Source of the DNA: Alphaproteobacteria bacterium
GTDB lineage: Bacteria > Pseudomonadota > Alphaproteobacteria > UBA828
NCBI GenBank assembly: GCA_963422645.2
Contig: CAXXVO010000005.1
Span: forward strand, 288,001 to 352,000
DNA: 64,000 nucleotides
Reading direction: 5' to 3'
The number at the start of each line of letters is the position of its first letter. The first letter of the stretch is position 1. Position numbers and translations under genes: made by a program. This document shows positions 13,530 through 32,764 of the stretch, piece by piece. The notes beneath the pieces were generated by a model. That model was given only the letters and a program-made list of their open reading frames with translations, made no database searches and was not told where the DNA came from.

Positions 13530-13880
13530 AGGAAGACTCGGAGCGCATCGGCGCCGTTGGGCAGCCACGAGAGCACGTGGTCGCCCTGGCGCACGCCGAG
13601 CGCCTGCAGGGCGATGGCGGTCTTGATGACCTCGGCCCGGGTGCGTGCGTAGCTCCACGCCGTGCCGTCCTCGAAGACGCAGAAGATCTTGTCCGGGGTC
13701 GCCGCAGCCAGCCGGTCGAGCAGGTAGCGCAGCACGCACCTGTCCGCCGCAGGGATGCGCGGATCGCTGTGTGACGCCGCAGGGTGCTCCACCGCCCTCG
13801 CTCGCTCGTTGCCTGCCGTCTCGGACGGCCCCTTGTAGCCCGGAGCCGGCTTTGGATTAACCCGGATTTCTTGCCGCAGG

Positions 13881-15023
13881 TCAGGCGTCGGTGAGCGCGG
13901 CGTCGAGGGCGCGTTGCAGCGTCGCGGCGGCGCTCTCGATCCCGTGCTCTTCCTGCACCCGTGCCGCTGCCGCCGCGCTCATCGCCTGGCGCCTTTCGAC
14001 GTTGGTGGAAAGCTCGACCACCGCGCCGGCGAAGGCCACGTCGTCGTGGCGCGGCGTGAGCAGCCCTGTCTCGCCATTGGCGACCACTGCGGCAGCGCCG
14101 GGCCAGTCCTGCGCCACGACCGGGAGGCCCGCCGCCTGCGCCTCCAGCATGGCCATGCCGAGGACCTCCTGATAGGCGGGCCAGACGAAGAGATCGCAGG
14201 CCGCATAGAGCGCCGGCAGCGCGTCCTCCGCGCGGGCGCCGGCGAAGACCGCCACGTCCGGCCCAAGCGGTGCCAGCGCCTCCTCCACCAGCCACCGCGC
14301 CTCCCCCTCGCCGACGACAACCAGTTGCCAGGGCGGGTTCGCGATGAGGTTGAGCGAACGCCCCAGCAGGCGCCAGGAGGCAAGGGAGGCGCCGGTCTGC
14401 ATGGGTGCGACCGTCAGCAGCCACGGGCGTTCCAGATCGAGTGTCAGCTCTGCCGCGAGCGCTCGGCGTGCCGCGCTGCGGTGAATCGCCCGGTAGGGCG
14501 CGAGGTCGAGGAAGGGCGCCAGCCGGTAGAGCCGCGCGGTGCTCGGGACCAGCGGCCTGATGCTCTCTTCGTCCTCGGCGGTCAGCGAGAATACCGCCCG
14601 CGCCCGCGCGATGGCGCGGGCCGTGTACGAGAGCCAGCGCGCGTGAGCGCCGCCGGCCTCGGCCCGGGCGTAGGATGCGCCCGCCAGCAGATAGGGGATG
14701 CCGAGCACTTCGGCCACGGCGGGGCCGATCAGGTCCGGCGCGGTGTGGCGCAGGTCGCAGGTGAGCCACGCTTTGGGCCGGGCGACGGCGGGCAGGTCCC
14801 GATAGGCGATGACGAGGCGGCGGGCGCGCGCGGCGGCCTTTCGCTCCAGTGCCGTATGCCGGCGGCTCTCTCCGGCGTTCCCATCGCTCCGAAACTCGGT
14901 AGGCGCAATCGCCTGATGACCGGCAGCGTCGAGCGCCCGCGCGATCAGGTGCATCAGCCGCGGTCCACCCCACGGTGCGCTCGGGTCGGGACGAGCGGCG
15001 GGCGTGTAGAGCGCGATTGGCAT
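13881..15023 (-). CDS. Glycosyltransferase family 4 (GT-B)
   Basis: YAACDLFVWP and EVLGMAMLEAQAAGLPVV motif. Confidence 0.9.
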   Translation of the reverse strand: MPIALYTPAARPDPSAPWGGPRLMHLIARALDAAGHQAIAPTEFRSDGNAGESRRHTALERKAAARARRLVIAYRDLPAVARPKAWLTCDLRHTAPDLIGPAVAEVLGIPYLLAGASYARAEAGGAHARWLSYTARAIARARAVFSLTAEDEESIRPLVPSTARLYRLAPFLDLAPYRAIHRSAARRALAAELTLDLERPWLLTVAPMQTGASLASWRLLGRSLNLIANPPWQLVVVGEGEARWLVEEALAPLGPDVAVFAGARAEDALPALYAACDLFVWPAYQEVLGMAMLEAQAAGLPVVAQDWPGAAAVVANGETGLLTPRHDDVAFAGAVVELSTNVERRQAMSAAAAARVQEEHGIESAAATLQRALDAALTDA

Positions 15024-15120
15024 GTCAGGCGGCGGGCAGCAGCACTGCCGGTGCAGCGGGGTTTGCGCCCCCTACCCTCCATCGGCGAATATCCGGCGCC
15101 AGCAACAGGGAGGATCCCCG

Positions 15121-15828
15121 GTGACCGAGACACCCCTCAACGAGTCCGAATTGGCCGCTCTGCGCGCCTACGACACGCCCACGATCTGCAACGCGCTCGA
15201 GATCGTCTGCCCCGAGCGCCGCGCCATCGGCTTCACGACCGAGACGCTGATCTGCTCTTTCCCCGACCTCGCGCCGATGGTGGGCTACGCGCGCACCGCG
15301 ACGATCCGCTCGATGGAAAAGCCCGCGAAGGACGGCGACGCCATGGCCACCGACCGCGTGGCCTACTACCGCTATGTGGAGGAGGGCCACGGGCCGTCCA
15401 TCATGGTGATCCAGGATGTCGACTCCCGGCCGGGCGCGGCCTCCTGGTGGGGGGAGGTACATTCCGCCGTGCATCAGGCCCTGGGCTGCCTCGGCGTCGT
15501 GACCAATGGCGCGGTCCGCGATCTCGACATGATCGCCGACGGCTTCCAGTTCCTCTCGGGTACTGTGGTGCCCTCCCACGCCTGGGTCCATCTGGTGAGC
15601 CACGGCGAGCCCGTGGACGTGAGCGGCATGCTGACGCACTCGGGCGACCTGGTGCACGCGGACCGCCACGGCGCGGCCATCATCCCGCATGAGGCGGCAC
15701 GCGACGTGCCGGCGGCGGCCGAGCTCTGCATGCGCCGGGAGGCGCCGATCCTGGCTGCGTGCAAGGAGCCGGACTTCTCGGCGGACGTGATGGAGCGGGT
15801 TCTGCGCGAGGCGAATGAGATTCATTAG
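15121..15828 (+). CDS. RraA / HMG-aldolase family protein
   Basis: DTPTICNALE, WWGEV, VTNGAVRDL, GDLVHADRHGA; GTG at 15121 after GGAGG. Confidence 0.88.
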   Translation: MTETPLNESELAALRAYDTPTICNALEIVCPERRAIGFTTETLICSFPDLAPMVGYARTATIRSMEKPAKDGDAMATDRVAYYRYVEEGHGPSIMVIQDVDSRPGAASWWGEVHSAVHQALGCLGVVTNGAVRDLDMIADGFQFLSGTVVPSHAWVHLVSHGEPVDVSGMLTHSGDLVHADRHGAAIIPHEAARDVPAAAELCMRREAPILAACKEPDFSADVMERVLREANEIH

Positions 15829-15858
15829 AGCGTGCCCGTCTGAAACGGAAACGCTCTA
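15826..15858. repeat. Palindromic intergenic repeat, copy 2, containing both convergent stop codons
   Basis: TAGAGCGTGCCCGTCTGAAACGGAAACGCTCTA; TAG 15826-28 and CTA 15856-58 are the stops of the two flanking genes. Confidence 0.7.
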
Positions 15859-16620
15859 GCCCGCGCGCGAGGCGGCCCTGTCGCGGGCGGCCTCGCCGAA
15901 CGCGTCGAAGAGCGCCATCGAGAAGGGGTCCTCCGTCACTTTCCACTCGGGGTGCCACTGCACGCCGAGCGCGAACGCCGGCGCGTCGGTGACGCGCACG
16001 GCCTCGATCTGGCCGTCCGGGGCGACCGCCTCGATGGCGAGCCGGGGCGCGGGGCTGTCGATCCCCTGGGCATGCAGCGAGTTGACCGTGACCTCGCTCG
16101 TGGGCCAGAGGGAGGCCAGCAGACCGCCGGCGGCAAGCGTCACCTGATGGGCGGGCCCGTACTGCACGTCGCGGGGCTGGTCATCGTCCGAGCGATGGTC
16201 GATCCGCCCCGGCACGCGGTGAAGCTCCTGATGGAGACTGCCGCCAAGGGCGACGTTTAGCTCCTGAAAGCCGCGGCAGATGCAGAGAATGGGAATCCCT
16301 GCGTCGATCGCGTTCCGGATCAAGGGCAGCGTCGTCGCGTCGCGCTCCGGGTCGTGGAGCGTTCCGTCGGCGCTCGGCGGCCCATCATAGTGAGCCGGCT
16401 CCACGTTCGAGGGGCTTCCGGTGAAGAGCAGGCCGTCGCAGCGGTCCAGCACCGCGTCCTGGTCCAGCGCCCCGCCGAGTGCGGGCAGCGCCACGGGCAG
16501 CCCGCCTGCGGCGGCCACTACCGCCCGCATGTACTTGTCGCCGACGACGTGGAAGGGGTGGATGCCGATATCCCGCACACAGGCGGGGAGGCCAATCAGG
16601 GGAACCGGCGGTGCGGTCAT
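15856..16620 (-). CDS. Gamma-glutamyl-gamma-aminobutyrate hydrolase family (PuuD-like, peptidase C26)
   Basis: TGSPSNVEP, ICRGFQELNV, VNSLHAQG, GVQWHPEW. Confidence 0.93.
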   Translation of the reverse strand: MTAPPVPLIGLPACVRDIGIHPFHVVGDKYMRAVVAAAGGLPVALPALGGALDQDAVLDRCDGLLFTGSPSNVEPAHYDGPPSADGTLHDPERDATTLPLIRNAIDAGIPILCICRGFQELNVALGGSLHQELHRVPGRIDHRSDDDQPRDVQYGPAHQVTLAAGGLLASLWPTSEVTVNSLHAQGIDSPAPRLAIEAVAPDGQIEAVRVTDAPAFALGVQWHPEWKVTEDPFSMALFDAFGEAARDRAASRAG

Positions 16621-16626
16621 GCCGGC

Positions 16627-17988
16627 TCAGCTATCACGGGGCTGATCTGCGGGCAAGAAGCCGCCGCGCCGCTGGATTCCCAGATAGATTGCGCCGAGCC
16701 CCGCGCCCCGCACCACGTAGAGCAGCGTCATCGCGAGCCAGAGGCCGTGATTGCCCATGGGCTCGCGCAGCAGCCAGGCGCAAGGTGTAAAGACGGCGAA
16801 CGCCAGCATCATCGTGTTCCGCATGTCGGCGGTGCGCGTAGTGCCGGTGAACACGCCATCGAGGAAGATACCCCAGACCGCCACCAGCGGCAGCGCGATC
16901 AGCCAGGGCAGGAAATCGTACGCCACGGCGCGCACATCCTCGATATCGGTGAGCACGCGGACAATCGGCGCACCGGCGAGGCCATAGATGGCGACCGTCA
17001 GGAAGGCGAGCGCGAAGCACCACAGGAAGCAGACGCGGATGGCGCGGGTCATGTCGTCGCGCCGCCTGGCGCCCAGCGCACGGCCGGTGAGCGCCTCGGC
17101 GGCGAAGGCGAAGCCGTCGAAGCCGAAGTTGAGGAAGACCACGAAGTTGAGCAGCACCGCGTTCGCGGCGAGCACCACGTCGCCCTGGCGCGCGCTGAGG
17201 GTCGTGAACAGCGCGAACGCCGTGATGACGAAGAGCGTGCGCAGGAAGATATCGCGGTTGATGCCGAGGAAGCGCCGCATGGCGGCAGTATCGAGCACGA
17301 GGCGGGCGCGCCAGCGGCCACCATGGCGCTGCGCGAGGCGGGCGGTGACGGCGATGCCCAGAATCAGCCCTGAATAGTCGGCGGCCACCGTGGCCCAGGC
17401 GACTCCGGGGACGCCGAGCTCATAGATGAACACCAGCACCAGGTCCAACACGATGTTGATGCCGTTGACGGTGAGCAGCAGCGCCAGCGCCGCGCGGGTG
17501 TTCTGCATCCCGATGAACCAGCCGACGAGCGCGATGTTGGCGAGAGTGGCCGGCGCTCCCCAGATGCGAATGAAGAAGTAGCGCGCGCCCTCGCTGGCAA
17601 CCGCCTCGCTCGGCTCGACCAGATAGAAGGCGAGCCAGCCGATCGGCCCCTGCAGCGCGAGAAGCGCGAGCGCGAGAACAAGCCCAATTATTAGCGCGCG
17701 GGCGAGCGTGGCGCGTGTCTCGTCACGATCGCGGGCACCGAAGGCCTGGGCGGTGAGCCCCGTGGTGCCCATGCGCAGGAAGTTGCAGCCGAAATAGAGG
17801 GTGTTGAATATCAGCGCGCCGACCGCGACCGCCCCGAGAAAGTGCGGCTCGGGCAAGTGACCGATCACCGCCGTATCGACCGCGCCGAGCAGCGGGATCG
17901 ACAGGTTGGAGACGACCATCGGCCAGGCCAGCCGCCAGACCCGCCGATGCCAGGCCCAATCACCCATCGGCAGCAACCGCCGCATCAA
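16627..17988 (-). CDS. MATE efflux transporter (DinF-like)
   Basis: SNLSIPLLGAVDTAVIGH, FLRMGTTGLTAQA; many TM helices. Confidence 0.93.
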   Translation of the reverse strand: MMRRLLPMGDWAWHRRVWRLAWPMVVSNLSIPLLGAVDTAVIGHLPEPHFLGAVAVGALIFNTLYFGCNFLRMGTTGLTAQAFGARDRDETRATLARALIIGLVLALALLALQGPIGWLAFYLVEPSEAVASEGARYFFIRIWGAPATLANIALVGWFIGMQNTRAALALLLTVNGINIVLDLVLVFIYELGVPGVAWATVAADYSGLILGIAVTARLAQRHGGRWRARLVLDTAAMRRFLGINRDIFLRTLFVITAFALFTTLSARQGDVVLAANAVLLNFVVFLNFGFDGFAFAAEALTGRALGARRRDDMTRAIRVCFLWCFALAFLTVAIYGLAGAPIVRVLTDIEDVRAVAYDFLPWLIALPLVAVWGIFLDGVFTGTTRTADMRNTMMLAFAVFTPCAWLLREPMGNHGLWLAMTLLYVVRGAGLGAIYLGIQRRGGFLPADQPRDS

Positions 17989-18027
17989 GTCTTAGCTCCG
18001 GCGGCGGGGCGGCCGGGCGGTGACCGC

Positions 18028-18723
18028 TTATGGTCGACCGGTCTGCTTCTTGCGCGGGTCGTCGAACACGAAGAGCCTGCGCGGCAGCCTGATGTTGGTC
18101 CTGAGGTTGTGCAGGGTAACCGTGGTGGCGCGCCCCTGGGCGTCTCTCACCCGCCAATGGGTGAGGCGCAGCGGATCGGAGTCCAGGAACAGGGTCAGGC
18201 TCCCGCCGGTCGGGTCATCCTCCTGCACCACTGTAATCCCGATGCGCCCGCCGCGCTCCATGAATGCCGTTACATCGACGTCCTCGCCGAAGCGCGTCAC
18301 CTCCTTCGTGAGCGCGCCCAGCGGCGTGTCGTAGATGAACCAGTCGTCGATCTGGCCAAGCTCCTTGTCGTGATAGTGAATCAGGAAGCCGTCGCCGACG
18401 ATGAGCACAGGCACCGGCGGCGCGTATTCCACGCGGAGCAGGCCCGGCCGGCGCATGTAGATGACCCCTTCGGCGGGTTCGCCGTCGGGCCCGACCTGCG
18501 TGAAGTCCGCCTTCAGGGTCTGAAGCCCGTTCAGGTAGCCTTCCACGGCGGCGAGGGTTTTCCGCGCCGCTTCATCGAGGACGATAGAATTCGCAGCCTG
18601 AGCGGGCGTGGGCTGGACGGCAGTAAGCCAGGCCGCGAGCATCGGGGCGAGGCATAGGAGAGCGGCAGCGCGGATCAACATCGGCATGGTGTGGAATGTA
18701 AGGTGCGCGGGCCGCGCGAACAA
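18028..18723 (-). CDS. lolA: Outer-membrane lipoprotein carrier LolA family (start uncertain)
   Basis: Signal peptide; TLKADFTQ, RRPGLLRVEY, DTPL; downstream of ftsK. Confidence 0.88.
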   Translation of the reverse strand: MFARPAHLTFHTMPMLIRAAALLCLAPMLAAWLTAVQPTPAQAANSIVLDEAARKTLAAVEGYLNGLQTLKADFTQVGPDGEPAEGVIYMRRPGLLRVEYAPPVPVLIVGDGFLIHYHDKELGQIDDWFIYDTPLGALTKEVTRFGEDVDVTAFMERGGRIGITVVQEDDPTGGSLTLFLDSDPLRLTHWRVRDAQGRATTVTLHNLRTNIRLPRRLFVFDDPRKKQTGRP

Positions 18724-18741
18724 TCACATGTCGTTGATGGC

Positions 18742-21159
18742 TCAGCCGGCCGAGTGGTCGGAGACCAGCACCTCGCGCTTGCCGACATGGTTGGCCTGGC
18801 TGATGACGCCTTCGCTCTCCATCCGCTCGATGATCCGGGCGGCTCGGTTGTAGCCGATCTGGAGATGGCGCTGCACGAAGCTGGTGGAGGCCTTGCGCTC
18901 GGCCGCGACCAGCGCCACGGCCCGGTCGTAGAGCGGGTCCTCGTCGCCGCCCTCGTCGATCCCGGCGGCGGCCGTATCGGGCTCTTCGGTGATCCCCTCG
19001 ATGTAGTTGGGCCGCCCGCTGGCGCGCAGGAAGTCGGTCACACGCTCGACCTCCGCATCGCTCACGAAGGGACCGTGCACCCGCGCCACGCGCCCGCCCG
19101 CACTGAGATAGAGCATGTCGCCCTGGCCCAGCAGCTGCTCGGCGCCCGCCTCGCCGAGGATGGTGCGGCTGTCGATCTTGGACGTGACCTGGAAGCTGAT
19201 CCGTGTCGGGAAGTTGGCCTTGATGGTGCCGGTAATGACATCGACCGAGGGCCGCTGCGTGGCCATGATCAGGTGGATGCCGGCGGCACGCGCCATTTGC
19301 GCCAGCCTCTGCACCGCGCCCTCGATGTCCTTGCCCGCGACCAGCATGAGGTCGGCCATCTCGTCCACGACGACGACGATGAAGGGCATGGGCGTGAGGT
19401 CGATCTCGAATTCTTCGTGGATCGGCGCGCCGGTCTCGGCGTCCATGCCGACGTTGACCCGCCAGGTGAGCTGCTCGCCCTTCGCCCGGGCTTCGGCGAG
19501 CCGCTTGTTGTAGCCCGAGATATTGCGTACCCCGAGCTTCGACATCGCCTTGTAGCGGGACTCCATCTCCCGCACGGTCCACTTCAGCGCGACGACCGCC
19601 TTGGCGGGCTCGGTCACCACTGGCGTGAGCAGGTGCGGAATGTCGTCGTAGACCGAGAGTTCCAGCATCTTGGGGTCGATCATGATCAGCTTGCACTGGT
19701 CCGGCGGCAGCCGATAGAGCAGTGACAGGATCATGCTGTTGATCGCGACCGACTTGCCCGAGCCGGTGGTTCCGGCGACCAGAAGGTGGGGCATGCGCGC
19801 GAGATCCGCCATCACCGGGTTGCCGCCGATATCCTTGCCGAGCGCGAGCGTGAGGCTGGACTCGGTGCTCTCGTATGCGGCGCTCGCCAGCAACTCGCGC
19901 AGCAGCACGGTCTCGCGTTGCCCATTGGGCAGCTCGATGCCAATGACGCTGCGCCCGGGAATCGTCGCCGCGCGGACCGAAATCGCACTCATCGAGCGCG
20001 CGATGTCGTCGGCGAGCCCGATCACCCGCGAGGTTCGCGTGCCCGGCTGCGGCTCGAGCTCGTAGAGCGTGACCACGGGCCCCGGCCTGACCTGAGTGAT
20101 CTCGCCGAAGACCCGGAAATCCTCGAGCACGGAGACCAGCATCCCCGCGTTCTGCTTCAGCCCCTCTTCACTCGCGCTATTTGCCTTGTTGGCAGCATCC
20201 GCGTCAGCGAGAAGCGCGAGCGGCGGCATCGTGTATTTGACACTGTCCTCGAGATCGAGGTCGGGCTGGCGCTCCTTCTTCTCCCGCTTGCCAGGCTTCG
20301 CCTTGCGCCGGGGCTTCTCGACGATGCTGGGCTCGGCCGGCTGTTCCTCCACCGCGGTCGGTGCCACAGGTAGCAGGCTCGGCTCGCGCCGGCGCCCGCT
20401 CTTAGTCTTCTCGGCAGATCGCGCGAAGCGTCGCGGCCTGTCCGGGGGTGCGGCCTGCTCGTCGTCCTCGATGCCGGCCGCCCGGTCTCCGCTCCTGCCG
20501 GAGGACCAACGGGCAGCCCAGGCGGCGCAGCTGACCACGCTGCGCAAGAGCCAATAGGCGCCCCGAAAGAGCTGGCGCCACTCGCGCCAAGGTACTCCGA
20601 GTGCAAAGACCAGCGCACCTGCGGCGGCAACCAGGAACACCGCACCGATGCCGGCGGCGGTCATCCCGGTGGCGTTGCCGAGCCCCGCCGAGCCCAGCGC
20701 GGACAGCGCAAGCTCGCCTGCGGCCCCGCCCGCCCCGGCAGCGGCTGGCCAGTCGGCAATACCCAGCGACGCGCAGCCGACTGCGGCGAGCAGGACGGAG
20801 AGCGGCGCGAGGGCGAAGCGCACCAGCCGCCGCGTCAGCCCGCGATGGCTGAGCAGAGCCCAGGCCCAGGCCGCGAGAATCGCCGGCACCAACGCGGCAG
20901 CGAGGCCGAGCCACTGCAGCAGAAGGTCCGCGCCGTAGGCGCCGGGGCGGCCGACCAGATTGGCGGGCGTGCCGCCGCCTGCGCTGTTGAAGGAGGGATC
21001 GGCTGCCGAATACGTGATCAGCGCGACCGCCAAGACGGCCGCAATGCCGCCGAGCGCGAGCCCTCCCAACTCGCTCAATCGGCGCGCGAAGAAGGGACCC
21101 GAGCCCGTGGGCAGAAGTGGCACGCGTGCTTCGCGTTCGGCAGTCGCTGCCAACGTCAA
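18742..21159 (-). CDS. ftsK: DNA translocase FtsK
   Basis: N-terminal TM domain, Walker [20 protein letters not shown], gamma domain [15 protein letters not shown]. Confidence 0.97.
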   Translation of the reverse strand: MTLAATAEREARVPLLPTGSGPFFARRLSELGGLALGGIAAVLAVALITYSAADPSFNSAGGGTPANLVGRPGAYGADLLLQWLGLAAALVPAILAAWAWALLSHRGLTRRLVRFALAPLSVLLAAVGCASLGIADWPAAAGAGGAAGELALSALGSAGLGNATGMTAAGIGAVFLVAAAGALVFALGVPWREWRQLFRGAYWLLRSVVSCAAWAARWSSGRSGDRAAGIEDDEQAAPPDRPRRFARSAEKTKSGRRREPSLLPVAPTAVEEQPAEPSIVEKPRRKAKPGKREKKERQPDLDLEDSVKYTMPPLALLADADAANKANSASEEGLKQNAGMLVSVLEDFRVFGEITQVRPGPVVTLYELEPQPGTRTSRVIGLADDIARSMSAISVRAATIPGRSVIGIELPNGQRETVLLRELLASAAYESTESSLTLALGKDIGGNPVMADLARMPHLLVAGTTGSGKSVAINSMILSLLYRLPPDQCKLIMIDPKMLELSVYDDIPHLLTPVVTEPAKAVVALKWTVREMESRYKAMSKLGVRNISGYNKRLAEARAKGEQLTWRVNVGMDAETGAPIHEEFEIDLTPMPFIVVVVDEMADLMLVAGKDIEGAVQRLAQMARAAGIHLIMATQRPSVDVITGTIKANFPTRISFQVTSKIDSRTILGEAGAEQLLGQGDMLYLSAGGRVARVHGPFVSDAEVERVTDFLRASGRPNYIEGITEEPDTAAAGIDEGGDEDPLYDRAVALVAAERKASTSFVQRHLQIGYNRAARIIERMESEGVISQANHVGKREVLVSDHSAG

Positions 21160-21298
21160 CTCCCACCTGCGTCCGATGCCGAATCGAACATCGCATCCAT
21201 TACAGGGGTTTATATAGTTATGTTACGGAGGAGTCAAAACTGAGGCATTTGGATCAAAGCGGGTACAAAAGCCCCGGCACCTGTGATCCCCGTTCCCC

Positions 21299-21727
21299 TT
21301 AGAACGAGACGCAGGCCTCCGTCACGACGCGGAGCACGCTCGATTGGCCGAAAGCCCGCTTGTACGCGTCTGCGATCTCATCCGTGCGCCGCATGGCGTC
21401 CTTGCCCGGCGGAGCGAGGACGAGCAGGAGCTTGGTGCGCTCCCGCACGATCTTTTCCGAGCCGTCGCGCCACTGCCCCGCAGCATCGAGCACGCTAAGG
21501 CCGTCCGGAAAGCGGGGCGTAACCTCCTCGGCGAGGAAGGCGCGCCAAGCCTCCTCGCTCACCACCTCGACGTCGCCCTGGCTCCGTCCGAAGAAGAGCC
21601 TGTATTCGGCGAATAGCTCGGTGCCGGACGGGCAGGTCGCTGCATTGGCACCGGGCGTGGGCGCGGCGGCAAACGCGAGGCCCGCGAGGGCCGCCGCAGC
21701 CACGAGGCGGCGCGCCCGCGCGATCAT
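21299..21727 (-). CDS. Exported DUF3574-family protein
   Basis: Signal peptide; LFFGRS, EVTPRFPDGLSVLDAAGQW, F-GQSSVLRV...CVSF. Confidence 0.85.
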   Translation of the reverse strand: MIARARRLVAAAALAGLAFAAAPTPGANAATCPSGTELFAEYRLFFGRSQGDVEVVSEEAWRAFLAEEVTPRFPDGLSVLDAAGQWRDGSEKIVRERTKLLLVLAPPGKDAMRRTDEIADAYKRAFGQSSVLRVVTEACVSF

Positions 21728-21756
21728 GGTTCGTACGCTGCTGTGCGCTCGCGCGC

Positions 21757-30369
<8,613 letters not shown>

Positions 30370-30569
30370 GGTACCCCTCTCGGACTCTCGGCTCCGGCCG
30401 CGGCTTGAGCGCCGCGGCGGGCCGTGGGTTAGTCGTTACGTGCGGTGCGGCGGCACACGCCGCGCAGCCGTGGCCGCGCGGAGTCGTACCCGCCCACGCC
30501 GCAGCGCGACAGCGGGGCCGGTGCTACCCGGCACGTGACCGGGCGTGCGCCGGCGATAGCCAATCGTCG

Positions 30570-30947
30570 CTACTTGACCTCGACGGTCGCGCCGGCAGCT
30601 TCGAGCTGCTCCTTCATCTTGGCTGCGTCGTCCTTGGACACGTCTTCCTTGACCGCGTTCGGCACGCCCTCGACCAGCGCCTTGGCCTCCTTGAGGCCGA
30701 GGCTGGTGATCGCGCGCACTTCCTTGATCACGTTGATCTTCTTCTCGCCGAAGGATGTCAGCACCACGGTGAATTCGGTCTGCTCTTCGGCCTCCTCGGC
30801 CGCTGGCGCGGCACCGGGGGCGGCGGCGATGGCAACGGGGGCGGCCGCGGAGACCCCCCACTTCTCCTCGAGCATCTTGCTCAACTCGGAGGCCTCGATC
30901 ACCGTCAGGGTCGAAAGCTCGTCTGCAATTTTGGCTAGATCAGCCAT
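30570..30947 (-). CDS. rplL: 50S ribosomal protein L7/L12
   Basis: [33 protein letters not shown]. Confidence 0.98.
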   Translation of the reverse strand: MADLAKIADELSTLTVIEASELSKMLEEKWGVSAAAPVAIAAAPGAAPAAEEAEEQTEFTVVLTSFGEKKINVIKEVRAITSLGLKEAKALVEGVPNAVKEDVSKDDAAKMKEQLEAAGATVEVK

Positions 30948-30995
30948 GTCGTTAGTCTCCTGGGGGGTTGGACTATTCTTGGTGTGCGTTGGCTA

Positions 30996-31538
30996 TTAAT
31001 CGCCGGCTGGGTCGCTCTTGCTGGCGGTGTCTCCTTGTTCAGAATAGGCGTTGAGGACGCGCGCGAGCTGGCCTGCCGGCGCGCTCAGCACGGCGGCGAT
31101 CTTGGTCGCCGGCGCATTCAGCACACCGATCAGCTGGGCACGTAGCGTATCGAGCGAGGGCAGCTCTGCGAGCGAGCGCACATCGCCCCGATCGAGCGCG
31201 GCGCCGCCGAGGGCGCCGCCCACGATGATCAGCTTCTCGTTCCCCTTGGCGTAGGTCACCGCGACCCTGGCCGCGGCCACCGGATCGTCCGAATAGGCGA
31301 TCGCGCTGGTGCCCGTGAAGAGGTCCGCGAGCGGGGCGAAGGACGTGCCTTCGACCGCCCGCTTCGCGAGCCGGTTCTTGGTGACGCGGAAGGTGGCGCC
31401 GGCCGCGCGCATCTGGCGGCGCAGGTCGGAGGCCTCCGCCACCGAGAGCCCGCTGAACTGCGTGACGACGACGAGATTCGTGTTCTCGAAGATGCCGCGC
31501 AGGGCTTCGACGATCTCTTCCTTCTTGACTCGTTCCAC
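30996..31538 (-). CDS. rplJ: 50S ribosomal protein L10
   Basis: RVTKNRLAKRA, LAELPSLDTLRA; operon position. Confidence 0.97.
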   Translation of the reverse strand: MERVKKEEIVEALRGIFENTNLVVVTQFSGLSVAEASDLRRQMRAAGATFRVTKNRLAKRAVEGTSFAPLADLFTGTSAIAYSDDPVAAARVAVTYAKGNEKLIIVGGALGGAALDRGDVRSLAELPSLDTLRAQLIGVLNAPATKIAAVLSAPAGQLARVLNAYSEQGDTASKSDPAGD

Positions 31539-31598
31539 GACTTCCTCCGGCTTATCCGGCAGACGCGAGGCGCAGACACGCGCCGCTCACGCCGCCAG

Positions 31599-32309
31599 TC
31601 ACGATGCCGCTGTCTCCGCCTGCAGGGCGGCGACGTCGAGCTTCACGCCCGGCCCCTGGGAGGAGCTGAGCGCCGCCCGCTTCATGTAGATTCCCTTGGC
31701 GCCGCTCGGCTTCGCCCGATTGAGCGCGTCCACCAGCGCGCGCGCATTTTCGGCCAGCGCCTGATCCGCGAAGCTCGCCTTGCCGATGCCGGCGTGGACG
31801 ATGCCGGCCTTCTCGACCCGGAACTCCACCTGGCCGCCCTTGGCCGCCTGCACGGCCTCGGTCACGTCGGGCGTCACCGTGCCGAGCTTCGGGTTGGGCA
31901 TGAGCCCGCGCGGGCCCAGAATGCGGCCGAGCTTGCCGACGATGGGCATCATGTCGGGCGTCGCGATGCAGCGGTCGAATTCGATCTTGCCGCCCTGGAC
32001 CTCGGCTGCGAGGTCCTCGTCGCCGACTATGTCGGCGCCTGCTTCACGCGCGGCCTCGGCCTTGTCGCCCTTGGCGAAGACCGCGACGCGCACGGTCTTG
32101 CCGGTGCCGTGGGGGAGTGCCACGACGCCGCGCACCATCTGGTCCGCGTGGCGGGGGTCGACGCCGAGCCCGACGCTCATTTCGACGGTCTCGTCGAACT
32201 TCGCCTTCGCGCCCTGCTTCACCAGCGTGATCGCCTCGCCCAGCACATAGGTCCTGTCGCGGTCGATCCGCTCCTTGGCCTGCCGCAGCCTTTTTCCGAT
32301 CTTCGCCAT
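31599..32309 (-). CDS. rplA: 50S ribosomal protein L1
   Basis: [23 protein letters not shown]. Confidence 0.98.
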   Translation of the reverse strand: MAKIGKRLRQAKERIDRDRTYVLGEAITLVKQGAKAKFDETVEMSVGLGVDPRHADQMVRGVVALPHGTGKTVRVAVFAKGDKAEAAREAGADIVGDEDLAAEVQGGKIEFDRCIATPDMMPIVGKLGRILGPRGLMPNPKLGTVTPDVTEAVQAAKGGQVEFRVEKAGIVHAGIGKASFADQALAENARALVDALNRAKPSGAKGIYMKRAALSSSQGPGVKLDVAALQAETAAS

Positions 32310-32314
32310 CGCCC

Positions 32315-32746
32315 TTAGCCCACCACCTGGATGCCGATGGACCGCGCCGACCCTTCGATGATGCGGCAGGCGGCGTCCATATCGTCGGCGTTGAGGTCTA
32401 CCATCTTCTTCTCCGCGATCTCGCGAACTTGCGCCTGCGTCACCTGGCCCACCGGGTCGACCCGGCCCACCGTCTCGGAGCCCTTGTCGATTCCCGCCGC
32501 CTTCTTGAGGAAGAAGCTGGCCGGCGGGCTCTTGGTCACGAACGAGAATGTCCGATCGTGATAGACCGAGATCACGGTCGGGATCGGCATCCCCTGCTCG
32601 AGGTTCTGGGTCTGCGCGTTGAAGGTCTTGCAGAACTCCATGATGTTGAGCCCTGCCTGACCCAGCGCCGGGCCGATCGGCGGCGACGGGTTGGCTTGCC
32701 CCGCCGGCACCTGCAGCTTGATCGTCCCTGTGACTCTCTTGGCCAT
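32315..32746 (-). CDS. rplK: 50S ribosomal protein L11
   Basis: [24 protein letters not shown]. Confidence 0.98.
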   Translation of the reverse strand: MAKRVTGTIKLQVPAGQANPSPPIGPALGQAGLNIMEFCKTFNAQTQNLEQGMPIPTVISVYHDRTFSFVTKSPPASFFLKKAAGIDKGSETVGRVDPVGQVTQAQVREIAEKKMVDLNADDMDAACRIIEGSARSIGIQVVG

Positions 32747-32764
32747 GTTGCTCCCGCCCTACCC

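Larger units (their letters stand above)
10262..13792 (-). pseudogene. AMP-binding acyl-CoA ligase (CaiC-like) interrupted by IS66
   Basis: N-part 13792-13530 (...ALRVFL) and C-part (VFLGSNYLG...FTSGTTGPSK...WFHTGD...RRRGENIS). Removing the IS and one TSD gives an in-frame 544-aa gene. Confidence 0.93.

Noticed and set aside
21201-21228. dif-like TTATGTTA upstream of ftsK
   Set aside because: Only a partial XerD arm with no XerC arm; more likely AT-rich promoter DNA.
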